32,000 nucleotides of DNA from Wigglesworthia glossinidia endosymbiont of Glossina morsitans morsitans (Yale colony) (GCF_000247565.1 NC_016893.1:90001-122000); one strand, 5' to 3'; numbered from the stretch's first letter, positions 1 to 9,925 are shown. Made by a program: numbers and translations. The notes: generated from the sequence alone by a model not told the origin.

Positions 1-272
1 TCAAAGAAATAAAGTTTAGACCCAATACTGATATAGGAGACTATCAAGTTAAACTACGTAAGTTAACATCTTTTTTAAACAATGGAGATAAAGTTAAAAT
101 TACTTTACGATTTCGCGGAAGAGAAATTATACATCAAGAAATCGGAATTAATATGCTTAATCGAATTTGTCAAGATTTAAAAGAATTAGCAATCATTGAA
201 TCATTTCCAAAAAAAATCGAAGGTAGACAGATGGTATTAATATTAATTCCAAAAAAAATTAAACGTTCTTAA
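1..272 (+). CDS. infC: Translation initiation factor IF-3, C-terminal part (5' end lies outside the window)
   Basis: The frame is open from nt 3 to TAA at 270-272. It translates to [89 protein letters not shown], colinear with the E. coli IF3 C-domain ([19 protein letters not shown]...ITLRFRGRE...IEGRQM). It is followed by rpmI-rplT as in the enterobacterial operon. It is absent from the ORF track because no start lies in the window. Confidence 0.9.
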   Translation, partial: KEIKFRPNTDIGDYQVKLRKLTSFLNNGDKVKITLRFRGREIIHQEIGINMLNRICQDLKELAIIESFPKKIEGRQMVLILIPKKIKRS

Positions 273-327
273 AAAATACAACATTGATGCTGGCATCGTT
301 TAATTTTATTTAAAATAGGAATATATT

Positions 328-525
328 GTGTTAAAAATCAAAACTATACGTAGCGTTGCAAAACGTTTTAAAAAAACTAACTCTAATAGACTAAAATATA
401 AAAAATCAAATTTACGTCATATTTTAACAAAAAAGTCTTCTCAACGTAAAAGAAATTTACGCATTACCTCTTTTACAAATATAGGAGAAAAAAAAATAAT
501 TTTTCGTTGTTTACCATACAAATAA
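328..525 (+). CDS. rpmI: 50S ribosomal protein L35
   Basis: The 65-aa product LKIKTIRSVAKRFKKT...NLRHILTKK...CLPYK matches E. coli L35 (PKIKTVRGAAKRFKKT...LRHILTKK...CLPYA). The start is GTG at 328, with AGGA at 317-320. Position between infC and rplT is as expected. Confidence 0.95.
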   Translation: MLKIKTIRSVAKRFKKTNSNRLKYKKSNLRHILTKKSSQRKRNLRITSFTNIGEKKIIFRCLPYK

Positions 526-569
526 ACTTAATATATAATTTTTAATTATACGCAAACTTAGGAGTTACA

Positions 570-923
570 ATGACTCGCGTAAAACGTGGAGTAACAGCTC
601 ATGCTCGTCATAAAAAAATACTAAAAAAATCAAAAGGATATTACGGAGCACGGTCAAGATCTTACCGAAGTGCATTTCAAGCATTTATTAAATCAGGACA
701 ATACGCTTATCGTGATCGTAAAAATAAAAAACGAACACTACGTCGATTATGGATTTGTAGAATTAACGCATGTGCTAGAAAACATGGAATATCATATAGC
801 TTATTTATGCATAAGATTAAGCAGCTATCTATCTATCTCGATAGAAAAATGCTATCCGAAATTGCTATATACGACGAAAAAGCATTTACAAACTTATACG
901 AAAAAATTAAAAATTTATCTTAA
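570..923 (+). CDS. rplT: 50S ribosomal protein L20
   Basis: The 117-aa product [30 protein letters not shown]...[13 protein letters not shown] is nearly colinear with E. coli L20. A strong SD (TAGGAG) sits at 559-564. Confidence 0.97.
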   Translation: MTRVKRGVTAHARHKKILKKSKGYYGARSRSYRSAFQAFIKSGQYAYRDRKNKKRTLRRLWICRINACARKHGISYSLFMHKIKQLSIYLDRKMLSEIAIYDEKAFTNLYEKIKNLS

Positions 924-1060
924 ATATTTACAAAATAAACATTTATTAAATAATTAACTATTAAACATTTAGAAATATTATATTTTAAAAAATTTTCTTA
1001 TTTTTATTGGATAATTGCATATAATACATATAAACTTTATTAATATAAAAGCATATAAAT

Positions 1061-2062
1061 ATGTCTTATCATGTAAATATTTTGAATATAACATTTTTAA
1101 TTAATACAGCTCAAAATAAAATAAAAAAATGTAATAATATTAAAAAATTAGAACTAATTAAAACATATTGGATTGGGAAATCTGGATTTTTTTCAAAAAA
1201 AAATATTATACTGAATAAATTAATACCATATTCAAATATTATTAAAAATAATATAATTAAATATGCTAGTCTAAAAATTAAAAATATTTATTTAGAGAAA
1301 AAAGAAAAATTAGAAAATAAAAAAATTAGATCAAAAATATCAAAAGATAAAATAGATGTTTCTTTACCGGGGAAAAAATCAGAATTAGGAACTTTACATC
1401 CAATTTCAAAAATAATTTTATATGCAGAAAATTTTTTTCAATCCTTAGGGTTTTCTATCATTTTGGGAAATGAAATAGAAAGTAGTTTTTATAATTTTGA
1501 TGCTTTAAATGTTCCAAAAAATCATCCTTCTCGCACTAAAAAAGATACTTTTTGGATCGACAAAAACTGTTTATTACGCACCCAAACTTCTAGCGTGCAA
1601 ATTCGTGTGATGCAATCTCAAAATCCACCATTAAAAATTATATCTTCTGGACGTGTTTATAGAAATGATCATGATAAAACACATACTCCAATGTTTCATC
1701 AAATGGAAGGATTAATTATTGACTACGACGTAAATTTATCAAATTTAAAATCAATATTATACAATTTTTGTTATTATTTACTTGGTGAAAATATTAAAAT
1801 ACGCTTTCGTCCTACATATTTTCCTTTTACACAACCTTCTGCTGAAATAGACATTATGAACCAATATGGTAAATGGATAGAAATATTAGGATGCGGTTTA
1901 GTGCATCCTAATGTATTAAATAACATCAATATAAATTCTAATAAGTATTCCGGTTTAGCATTTGGCATTGGGATTGAAAGATTAGCAATGCTATATTATA
2001 GATTATCTGATGTGCGATTATTATTTATGAATAATTTAAGTTTTTTAAAACAATTCAAATAA
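1061..2062 (+). CDS. pheS: Phenylalanine--tRNA ligase alpha subunit
   Basis: 333 aa. Class II aaRS motifs are present: LLRTQTSSVQIR, GRVYRNDHDKTHTPMFHQMEGL, FRPTYFPFTQPSAE, GIGIERLAML, and the C-terminal FLKQFK is identical to E. coli. Confidence 0.97.
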   Translation: MSYHVNILNITFLINTAQNKIKKCNNIKKLELIKTYWIGKSGFFSKKNIILNKLIPYSNIIKNNIIKYASLKIKNIYLEKKEKLENKKIRSKISKDKIDVSLPGKKSELGTLHPISKIILYAENFFQSLGFSIILGNEIESSFYNFDALNVPKNHPSRTKKDTFWIDKNCLLRTQTSSVQIRVMQSQNPPLKIISSGRVYRNDHDKTHTPMFHQMEGLIIDYDVNLSNLKSILYNFCYYLLGENIKIRFRPTYFPFTQPSAEIDIMNQYGKWIEILGCGLVHPNVLNNININSNKYSGLAFGIGIERLAMLYYRLSDVRLLFMNNLSFLKQFK

Positions 2063-2070
2063 GGTTATAT

Positions 2071-4482
2071 ATGAAATGTAGTCTATCTTGGTTAAAAGAA
2101 TGGATACAACATAAAAATATAAAATTAAATACAATTATTAATAAAATACAAAAAATAGGACTTGAAATAGATAAAATTTCTCCAATTCTCACTCAATTCT
2201 CTGGCATTAAAATCGGAGAGGTAATTTCCTGTAAAATACATCCCAACAATAAATCATTCAATTTATATTCAATAAATATTGGCAATACGCATACTGTAAA
2301 AATTGTTTCACAATTTAAAAAAAATTTATTACATAAAAAAGTTGCTATCGCTTTGAACGGTGCAAAAATAAAAAAAGATACAATTGTTAAAAACAAAATT
2401 ATATTTGGTAAACAATCAGAAGGTATAATATGCTCGTATGAAGATTTAAAAATTTTTGGAATACAAAAAAAATCTCAAAACATAGTTGTATTTCCTCAAA
2501 CTGCGCCAGTTGGAAAAGATGTAAAAAAATATTTTTTATTAAATGACACGATTTTAGATATTAGTATTACTCCTAATCGCTTTGATTGTCTAAATTTACT
2601 TGGATTATCTAGAGCGATTAAATCACAAGCTAATAATATGTTATTAAAAAAAAAATATTTTAAGCCAATATTACCGACAAATAATATTAAAATTAAAACT
2701 AATATATTTGCTCCAGAAGCATGTCCTAAGTATTTAAGTAGAACAATTACAGATATTAATTTAAACGTAAATACACCAGTATGGATATCAGAAAGATTAA
2801 AAAGATCCGGATATATACCAAAAAATGTTCTTATAGATATTATTTATTATGTTTTTATTGAAACAGGACAACCAATAAAAATATTTGATATGCATAAATC
2901 TTCTTGTAATACAACTATTCGCTATACAAATCAGAATGAACACATAAACGTATCGCAAGAAAAAAAAATATTTTTAGATAAAAATACTCTCGTAATTTCT
3001 AATGAAAATAAAATTTTAGAAATAGCCGGTTTAATTATTAGCAATGACGTAAAAATTAATATAAATACTACAGATATTCTTATATCTGCTGCCTTTTATA
3101 ATGGAAAATTTATTTATGATTTATCAAAAAAATATAACATTCAGTCTGAATTTACAGAAAAATATATAAAAAATATGGTAGATCCAAATATACAATTTCA
3201 AGCTATCGAACGCACTACAGAGCTTATCATAAAATGCTGCCATGGAAGTCCAGGAAAAATAAATTATGTGACTTTCGAGAATTTTTTACCACAAAATAAA
3301 AAAATTAACTTGCGGAAAAATAGAATTAAAAAAGTTTTAGGATTTTTTATTAAGAAATATAAAGTTGAAGAAATATTATATTCATTAAAATATCAACTCA
3401 AACATAAAAAAAATCAATGGAGTGTTATTCCACCTAGTTGGCGTGTATTTAACGTATCTAATGAAATTGATGTAATAAACGATATAGCATGTTTTTATGA
3501 ATTTGAAAAAATTCCATTACAACCAGATATCTCTGGGTTTAATGTACAAAAAAAAATTTTTAAAAATGTTACTTTGTATCCATTAAAGCAATTTTTAGTA
3601 AGTCGTGGATATCAAGAAGTTATAACATATACTTTTGTAGATCCAAAAATTCAAAAAATTTTATATCCAAAAAGATCTGCTATACCAATTATTAATCCAA
3701 TTTCACATGATATGTCTGTTTTAAGATTGTCTTTATGGACTAATTTTATTAAAACTATTTTATATAATCAAAGCAGACAAGTTCATGAAATACGTATCTT
3801 TGAAAGTGGATTTTGTTTTATTCCAAATAAAAAATACACATTTGGTATACATCAAAAATTTGTTATTTCTGGAGCTATATCTGAAAATTCTGTTATGCAT
3901 TGGAAATTAAAAGAAAAATTAGATTTTTATGATGTAAAAGGTGATATAGAAGCTTTAATAGGAATATACAATAATTTAGAATTTTTGAAATTTATATCCT
4001 TTAAAAATTCTATTTTACATCCTGGAAAAAGTGCAAAAATCTTTATTAAAGATAAATGTGTTGGTTTAATTGGAGAAATTAATCCGTTTTTAAAAAAATT
4101 TTTTAAATTAAAAAATAAAATTTTTTTGTTCGAATTATCATGGAAATTAATATCTAATAACTATGTACCAAAAATTCAAAATGTTTCTGATTTTCCATAT
4201 AATCAAAGAGATATTTCCATCATAGTTTCGCATAATATTCCAGCAATGGAGATTATTCGAGCCTGTAAAAATAAAGTTAAAAATAAATTAATTAATATCG
4301 GAATATTTGATTTATATCAAGGAAATAAAATTAAGTATGGATTTAAAAGTATTTCGATACGATTAACTTTACAAGATCAATATACTATGACAAACAAAGA
4401 AATTAATATGATTATAGAAAAATGTATACAAATATTAAAGAATAAATTTAATGCTGAAATTAGACATATTTCTGAAGTTTAA
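2071..4482 (+). CDS. pheT: Phenylalanine--tRNA ligase beta subunit
   Basis: 803 aa (about 795 in E. coli). The N-terminus MKCSLSWLKEW resembles E. coli MKFSELWLREW. It starts 8 nt after pheS, and the pheST pairing is conserved. Confidence 0.95.
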   Translation: MKCSLSWLKEWIQHKNIKLNTIINKIQKIGLEIDKISPILTQFSGIKIGEVISCKIHPNNKSFNLYSINIGNTHTVKIVSQFKKNLLHKKVAIALNGAKIKKDTIVKNKIIFGKQSEGIICSYEDLKIFGIQKKSQNIVVFPQTAPVGKDVKKYFLLNDTILDISITPNRFDCLNLLGLSRAIKSQANNMLLKKKYFKPILPTNNIKIKTNIFAPEACPKYLSRTITDINLNVNTPVWISERLKRSGYIPKNVLIDIIYYVFIETGQPIKIFDMHKSSCNTTIRYTNQNEHINVSQEKKIFLDKNTLVISNENKILEIAGLIISNDVKININTTDILISAAFYNGKFIYDLSKKYNIQSEFTEKYIKNMVDPNIQFQAIERTTELIIKCCHGSPGKINYVTFENFLPQNKKINLRKNRIKKVLGFFIKKYKVEEILYSLKYQLKHKKNQWSVIPPSWRVFNVSNEIDVINDIACFYEFEKIPLQPDISGFNVQKKIFKNVTLYPLKQFLVSRGYQEVITYTFVDPKIQKILYPKRSAIPIINPISHDMSVLRLSLWTNFIKTILYNQSRQVHEIRIFESGFCFIPNKKYTFGIHQKFVISGAISENSVMHWKLKEKLDFYDVKGDIEALIGIYNNLEFLKFISFKNSILHPGKSAKIFIKDKCVGLIGEINPFLKKFFKLKNKIFLFELSWKLISNNYVPKIQNVSDFPYNQRDISIIVSHNIPAMEIIRACKNKVKNKLINIGIFDLYQGNKIKYGFKSISIRLTLQDQYTMTNKEINMIIEKCIQILKNKFNAEIRHISEV

Positions 4483-4602
4483 GATTTTTAGCAAACTATT
4501 TTTAAAAATGTTTAAAAAATTTTATTTATATGTTTTATAATTAGATATAATATACGGATTAACAATAAATTTTAATTATTTTATTTATTTTTTTTACATA
4601 CT

Positions 4603-4642
4603 AATAATAAATAATAACGCGTATTATTTATTATTTTTTTTT
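4603..4642 (+). terminator. Candidate intrinsic terminator for pheST: a 14-bp all-A/T perfect inverted repeat followed by T9, overlapping the 3' end of convergent pyrC
   Basis: The left arm aataataaataata (4603-4616) and right arm tattatttattatt (4622-4635) are exact reverse complements, with loop acgcg. The right arm runs into a T9 tract (4634-4642) on the + strand. The stem contains no G-C pairs, so stability is low. Confidence 0.3.
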
Positions 4643-5673
4643 AGCTTAGTAGTCCATTTTAATTTTTTATTAAAAAATAAAGGAACAATAAAATTTTTGT
4701 TATTTGTTTTTAATAAAAATTTTTTTTTCGGTATATGTAAAAATTTAAATAAACTAATTTTTTCTTTATTAAGAGGTAGATTATAAAAACGTGCTCCATT
4801 AATAGAACAAAACGCTTCTAATTTATCTAAAACGTTAAGATTATCAAAAACAGTCGCATACATTTCTAGAGCAATAGGTGCATTAAATATTCCAGCGTAT
4901 CCTAGTTTGCATTCTTTATCAGTGATAAAGTGCGGCGCACTGTCTGTTCCAAGAAAAAAACGTTTACAATTTCCCGATATTGCTGAATGCAATGCAGACT
5001 GGTGCTTTTTATTTTTTAATATAGGTGCACAATACAAATGAGGATTAATTTTATTAGATAACATATCATTATAATTAAACATCAGATGATGTGGGGTAAT
5101 AGTTGCTCCTAAGTATTTTTTTTCTGATATTACATAATCCACTGATTCTTTCGTAGAAATGTGTTCAAGAACGACTTTTAATTGTGGAAAAAATCGACGT
5201 ATTGGTTTCATAATATTTTCAATAAATCTTGATTCTCGATCAAATATATCAATGTTTTTATTATATATTTCTCCATGAATAAGCAAAATCATACCAATTT
5301 TTTGCATTATTTCTAATACTGGAAAAATTTTTTTTATATTATTAATTCCATGATTCGAATTAGTTGTAGTATGGGATAAATACATTTTTGCAGCAATAAA
5401 TATTTTTTCTAAAAATCCTTGAGCAATCATATTTTTATTACAATTTTCTGTTAAATAACAAGTCATAAGAGGTTCAAATTTATGATTTTTTGGTATTTCT
5501 GAATAGATATTTTGTTTGTATTTATATGCTTGTGATAAGTTCGTAATAGGAACAGATAAATTTGGCATAATTACGGCTCTTTGAAAAATACGACTTGTAT
5601 ATGGTAAAACAATTTTTAAAACATCTTTTTCTCTTAAATGTACATGAAAATCATCTGGTTTTATAATAGTCAA
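4624..5673 (-). CDS. pyrC: Dihydroorotase (class II)
   Basis: 349 aa. PDDFHVHLR matches E. coli PDDWHLHLR. Also present are MPNL, LMTCYLT, AAKMY, GTDSAPH, and FNAP..LE.YATVF. The track start at 5673 is a TTG codon, so the true start is uncertain (see findings). Confidence 0.92.
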   Translation of the reverse strand: MTIIKPDDFHVHLREKDVLKIVLPYTSRIFQRAVIMPNLSVPITNLSQAYKYKQNIYSEIPKNHKFEPLMTCYLTENCNKNMIAQGFLEKIFIAAKMYLSHTTTNSNHGINNIKKIFPVLEIMQKIGMILLIHGEIYNKNIDIFDRESRFIENIMKPIRRFFPQLKVVLEHISTKESVDYVISEKKYLGATITPHHLMFNYNDMLSNKINPHLYCAPILKNKKHQSALHSAISGNCKRFFLGTDSAPHFITDKECKLGYAGIFNAPIALEMYATVFDNLNVLDKLEAFCSINGARFYNLPLNKEKISLFKFLHIPKKKFLLKTNNKNFIVPLFFNKKLKWTTKLKKNNK

Positions 5674-5687
5674 AATATCTTGATTCG

Positions 5688-5700
5688 TTTTTTTTTTTTT
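5688..5700 (-). repeat. A13 homopolymer (T13 on + strand) immediately 5' of the pyrC coding frame
   Basis: Counted directly: t5688-t5700, flanked by g5687 and g5701. It lies between an out-of-frame ATG (5723-5721) and the TTG at 5673. Confidence 0.95.
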
Positions 5701-5895
5701 GAAATAAAGTTTTTTTTAATCATATTTATGATGCCATTTTGTATTTTTTTATATTCCAACAAGTATTTTACTAAATCAAAATTATTTATTATTTGAAGTA
5801 CAAATAATCATTATATTTTACAAAAAATATATAAAATAAAATTTTTTTTATGTATTATTTTGTTTTTTTAAAATCTCAGAAATATTTGAATTGTG

Positions 5896-8208
5896 CTAAG
5901 ATTTTTTTATTAAAAAGTTATTTTGTCGATATTTAGATGTTTTCTTTCTATTTAACAATCTCAAATATTTAGGAATACGACGAGATCGACTTGTTAATAT
6001 TAATTTGTTTTGTTTTTTTTTGTGTAGATTTTGATTAGTATTTGGTAGTATCTTATCAGATATGTTTAAATTATTTCGTATTAAATTATTTAACATTTTT
6101 TTATTAAAACTATCATGATTATTATGAATTTTATACTCTTTATTATTAATATAATTATTTACTTTACAAGTATAATTTAAAATATTATTATTTTCTTTAT
6201 TTTTTTTTAAAATATCTTTACATACTTCTAATGAATTATTAGTGCAATTTTTAAATTTTTTTTCACGTTCTTTAGAAAATATTTTAGATATAATAGAATT
6301 GTTAAAATGTTTATTAAAAAAACATTCAAGATCTATACATTTAAATTGATTAAAATAATTTAAAACATCATATATTAAATATATGTTATTATTTTTTGAA
6401 TTTAACTCAGTTAAATGATTAAAAAAAATAGTATCATTTTTTTTGAAAAAATTTTTCTGATTTTTTAAAATATAGATTAATGACTTGATGCTATAAATTA
6501 AACTTTTTAATAAATTTTGAGAATACATAATATTACTAAATGATAATAATTTTTTATTTGGAATTTTTTTAGCATGTATTATTTTATTATTCGTAAAATT
6601 ATTTGTTGTATTAGAAGTATCATGGAATTTTATTTCACGTGCACTTTTTTCATAAAAGCAATCTCTATCAGTCTGAGACATATTAGATGCATATAATTTA
6701 GATATTAAATAACTTGGAATGTGTGCTTCATCGCCCGCTTTTACTCTGAAAACTAAATAATGTGGCGTTTGTATACGATCGTTCGGAATAATTATAGCTC
6801 GTACGCCTTTATTACGTTTTTCAATTGCAATCACCGTTTCTCGTTTTTCATTTAACAAATATGATGCAATATTCACTGGGACGATAGCATACACTTCACT
6901 TGTATTATCTTTAATAGATTCTTCTTCAATTAATCGCAAAATAGATAAAGATAGCGATTCGTTATCTCGAATAGTTCCAGTACCACTGCATCTTGGACAA
7001 GCGTAATGACTTGATTCTCTTAAAGATGGACTAATACGTTGCCTAGAAAGCTCTAATAAACCAAATCGAGAAATATGACCTACTTGAATTTTTGCACGAT
7101 CCTGTTTAACAGATTCTTTTAATACACGTTCTACTTCTCTTTGATGTTTTGTAGGCAACATATCGATAAAATCAATTACAATTAAACCACCTAAATCACG
7201 TAATCGCAATTGTCTGACAATTTCTTTTACTGCTTCTAAATTAGTGTTTAAAGCTGTTTCTGAAATATCTCCGCCGCGTGTAGATCGTGAAGAATTAATA
7301 TCAATTGAAGTTAATGCTTCTGTGGTATCTATGAAAATAGATCCTCCAGAAGGCAATTTTACTTCTCTTTGAAAAGCAGATTCAATTTGAGATTCAATTT
7401 GATAATGACTGAATAAAGGCACTTCCCCATTATATAATTTGATTTTTTTCATAAAATCTGGACGACCTAAAGACATTATATAATTTTTTGCTATATTTAA
7501 AATTTTAGGATTATCGATCAATATTTCTCCGATATCAGCACGTAAATAATCACGAAAAGCACGAACAATCACATCATTATCGCTATAAATTAAACATGGT
7601 GCTAATTTATTTTGAGCATCTTTTTTAATTTGTTCCCAATATTTTAAACGTAACGATAAGTCATCTGTAAGTTCTTTAATAGATTTTCCTAATCCGGCAG
7701 TACGTATGATTAAACTCATACCTTCTGGTACAATTAATGATGATAATATTTCTTTAAGTTCTAATCGATCTTCGCCTTCTATATGACGTGAAATACCGCC
7801 AGAATGTGGAGTATTTGGCATAAGCACTAAATAGCTACCCGCAAGACTAATGAATGTAGTCAATGCGGCACCTTTGTTGCCACGTGCTTCCTTTGATATT
7901 TGTATAACAATTTCTTGTCCTTCTTTTAAATGATCTTTAATATTTGAACGTTTACAAGTTACATTTTGATTACTAAAATATTCGAAAGAAATTTCTTTAA
8001 ATGGTAGAAATCCGTGACGTTCTGATCCGTAGTCTATAAATGCTGCTTCTAAACTAGGTTCAATACGTGTAATTTTACCTTTATAAATATTTGATTTTTT
8101 TTGTATATAACTTAAATTTTCAATATCTAAGTCATATAATTTTTGTCCATCTACTAAAGCAATTCTTAGCTCTTCTTGTTGAGTGGCATTAATTAACATT
8201 CTTTTCAT
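5896..8208 (-). CDS. rne: Ribonuclease E (conserved catalytic N-terminal half, non-conserved N/K-rich C-terminal region)
   Basis: 770 aa. The start MKRMLINATQQEELRIALVDGQKLYDLDIE is near-identical to E. coli. The S1 domain (IYKGKITRIEPSLEAAFIDYG), the IDINS and VIDFIDM catalytic region, and the Zn-link CPRCSGTG are all present. It is divergent from rluC as in E. coli. Confidence 0.95.
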   Translation of the reverse strand: MKRMLINATQQEELRIALVDGQKLYDLDIENLSYIQKKSNIYKGKITRIEPSLEAAFIDYGSERHGFLPFKEISFEYFSNQNVTCKRSNIKDHLKEGQEIVIQISKEARGNKGAALTTFISLAGSYLVLMPNTPHSGGISRHIEGEDRLELKEILSSLIVPEGMSLIIRTAGLGKSIKELTDDLSLRLKYWEQIKKDAQNKLAPCLIYSDNDVIVRAFRDYLRADIGEILIDNPKILNIAKNYIMSLGRPDFMKKIKLYNGEVPLFSHYQIESQIESAFQREVKLPSGGSIFIDTTEALTSIDINSSRSTRGGDISETALNTNLEAVKEIVRQLRLRDLGGLIVIDFIDMLPTKHQREVERVLKESVKQDRAKIQVGHISRFGLLELSRQRISPSLRESSHYACPRCSGTGTIRDNESLSLSILRLIEEESIKDNTSEVYAIVPVNIASYLLNEKRETVIAIEKRNKGVRAIIIPNDRIQTPHYLVFRVKAGDEAHIPSYLISKLYASNMSQTDRDCFYEKSAREIKFHDTSNTTNNFTNNKIIHAKKIPNKKLLSFSNIMYSQNLLKSLIYSIKSLIYILKNQKNFFKKNDTIFFNHLTELNSKNNNIYLIYDVLNYFNQFKCIDLECFFNKHFNNSIISKIFSKEREKKFKNCTNNSLEVCKDILKKNKENNNILNYTCKVNNYINNKEYKIHNNHDSFNKKMLNNLIRNNLNISDKILPNTNQNLHKKKQNKLILTSRSRRIPKYLRLLNRKKTSKYRQNNFLIKKS

Positions 8209-8526
8209 TATACTATACTCATTTTATACACCGATGATTGTTGAATTAGATAATATAAAAATATTTTCACTATTACATCATATTATCATTTTATTATAAT
8301 TGTATTGAATATTAAAATTTTAGTTTTTTAATAAAGTTAATGATTATTAAATTATTAAAAATTAATACTAATTTTATAAAAAAGTACATATATAAGTTTT
8401 TATTATAAGTAATTAAATTTTTAACATTTTATTTTTAATCAAGTACATATTTTTATATTAATTAAATATAATTTATAATTTTTTCATATATCTTATAAAG
8501 ATTATTATAAAAATAATTTAAAAAAA

Positions 8527-9516
8527 ATGAAAATTTTTAAATCTTTAGTTCAATTTATAAAAATATCAAAAAATGAATCTTCTCAACGTATCGATAATTT
8601 TTTAAAAAAAAAATTAAAAAATATTTCAAAAAATAATATTTACAAAATTTTACGAAAAGGAGAAGTACGTGTTAATAAAAAAAGAGTGAAACCTAAATAT
8701 AAAATAAAAACTCAAGATTTGATTCGAATTCCTCCACTAAAATATTTTCATGTTGTTAAACAACAACTTACTTGTGAATCATATGTTCATTTCAATGTGC
8801 AAGCTTCTATATTATATGAAGATAAATATTTGTTAATTTTGAATAAACCTAGTGGTATAGCAGTACATAAAGGCAGTGGTATAAGTTCTGGAATTATTGA
8901 AAAATTACGTAATGTATATCCGAAAAACTCTTTTTTAGAATTAGTGCATCGTTTAGATCGAGGAACTTCAGGAATATTATTAATTGCAAAAAAACGTTCT
9001 ATTTTATGTAATTTACATAAACAACTTCGAGAAGGTAAAATATATAAAGATTATTTGATATTAGTACATGGCAGATGTAATTTTAAAAATAAAACAGTAT
9101 CTGCTCCATTAAAAAAAAAATTATATTTAAATAAAAATTTAAATTTTAGAAAACAGAAAGTTTTAATTGATAAAAATGGAAAATTGGCAAAAACAAAATT
9201 TAATGTAATTGAAAAATTTCAAAACATGACTTTACTGAAAGTTATTACTGAAACTGGTCGTATGCATCAAATTCGCGTGCATGCCCAGCATATTCATCAT
9301 CCAATTGTATGCGATGATTTATACGGAAACTTAAAAAAAAAAGAAACTATATTAATAAATAAAGAAATTAATCGTATATTTTTACATGCTTTTAACATAC
9401 GTTTTCAACATCCAAATACATTAAAAAATTTACATATAACTGCTCCATTAGATAAAATATTAATAAAATATCTTAAAAAATTAAGAAATAGTGCGAATCT
9501 AAAAAATTTAGCTTAA
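8527..9516 (+). CDS. rluC: 23S rRNA pseudouridine synthase C (RluA family)
   Basis: 329 aa. An S4-like N-terminus (QRIDNFL...IYKILRKGEVRVNKKRVKP) is present, as are the catalytic motif HRLDRGTSG and TGRMHQIRVH. Synteny next to rne is conserved. Confidence 0.9.
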   Translation: MKIFKSLVQFIKISKNESSQRIDNFLKKKLKNISKNNIYKILRKGEVRVNKKRVKPKYKIKTQDLIRIPPLKYFHVVKQQLTCESYVHFNVQASILYEDKYLLILNKPSGIAVHKGSGISSGIIEKLRNVYPKNSFLELVHRLDRGTSGILLIAKKRSILCNLHKQLREGKIYKDYLILVHGRCNFKNKTVSAPLKKKLYLNKNLNFRKQKVLIDKNGKLAKTKFNVIEKFQNMTLLKVITETGRMHQIRVHAQHIHHPIVCDDLYGNLKKKETILINKEINRIFLHAFNIRFQHPNTLKNLHITAPLDKILIKYLKKLRNSANLKNLA

Positions 9517-9727
9517 ATTAATTTATCAAATTAAATTTAATAATATATTTTATTTATGTTTTTTATGAATTTTTAATATATTTGCAAAGATAATTAGTAA
9601 AAAATTTATTTTGAATTAAACAAAAAATCAATTCATAATGAATTTAAATCTTGCATAAATAAAATTTAATCGTTATTTTATGAACTATACAATATTTTAA
9701 GAAAAATTTTATTATAAGAAGGAAAAG

Positions 9728-9925
9728 ATGGCTGTTCAAAAAAATAAACCTACAAGATCAAAACGAGGAATGCGTCGATCACATGATAAATTAAAAATAC
9801 CTCAACTATCTATTGATCAGATATCAGGAGAAACACACATACGTCATTCTTTAACAAAAGAAGGATTTTATCGCGGAAAAAATATTTTTAATATGAAAAA
9901 AAAAAATAAAAATCAGATCAAATAA
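9728..9925 (+). CDS. rpmF: 50S ribosomal protein L32 (with an approx. 8-aa K/N-rich C-terminal extension)
   Basis: [20 protein letters not shown] matches E. coli [20 protein letters not shown]. An SD (AAGGAAA) lies upstream. The tail [11 protein letters not shown] runs through an A11 tract (9896-9906). Confidence 0.95.
   Translation: MAVQKNKPTRSKRGMRRSHDKLKIPQLSIDQISGETHIRHSLTKEGFYRGKNIFNMKKKNKNQIK

Noticed and set aside
670-957. 95-aa ORF on the + strand overlapping rplT in another frame
   Set aside because: It lies entirely within or overlapping the strongly supported L20 gene. It has no recognisable homology and a low-complexity, AT-driven composition. It is a typical spurious overlapping ORF.
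1774-2396. Antisense ORFs 1774-1968 (-) and 2193-2396 (-) inside pheS and pheT
   Set aside because: They are antisense to well-conserved genes, with no motifs and no SD. Long stop-free antisense stretches are expected by chance here.
5728-5796. 22-aa + strand ORF (MMPFCIFLYSNKYFTKSKLFII) in the pyrC-rne spacer
   Set aside because: It has no SD and no homology, and its size and composition are as expected by chance. It overlaps the likely pyrC 5' leader on the other strand.
8382-8450. 10-mer direct repeat AAGTACATAT (8382-8391 and 8441-8450) in the rne/rluC divergent region
   Set aside because: My rough estimate is that one exact 10-mer repeat within about 300 bp of this composition is about what chance predicts. 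There is no dyad symmetry and no known motif.
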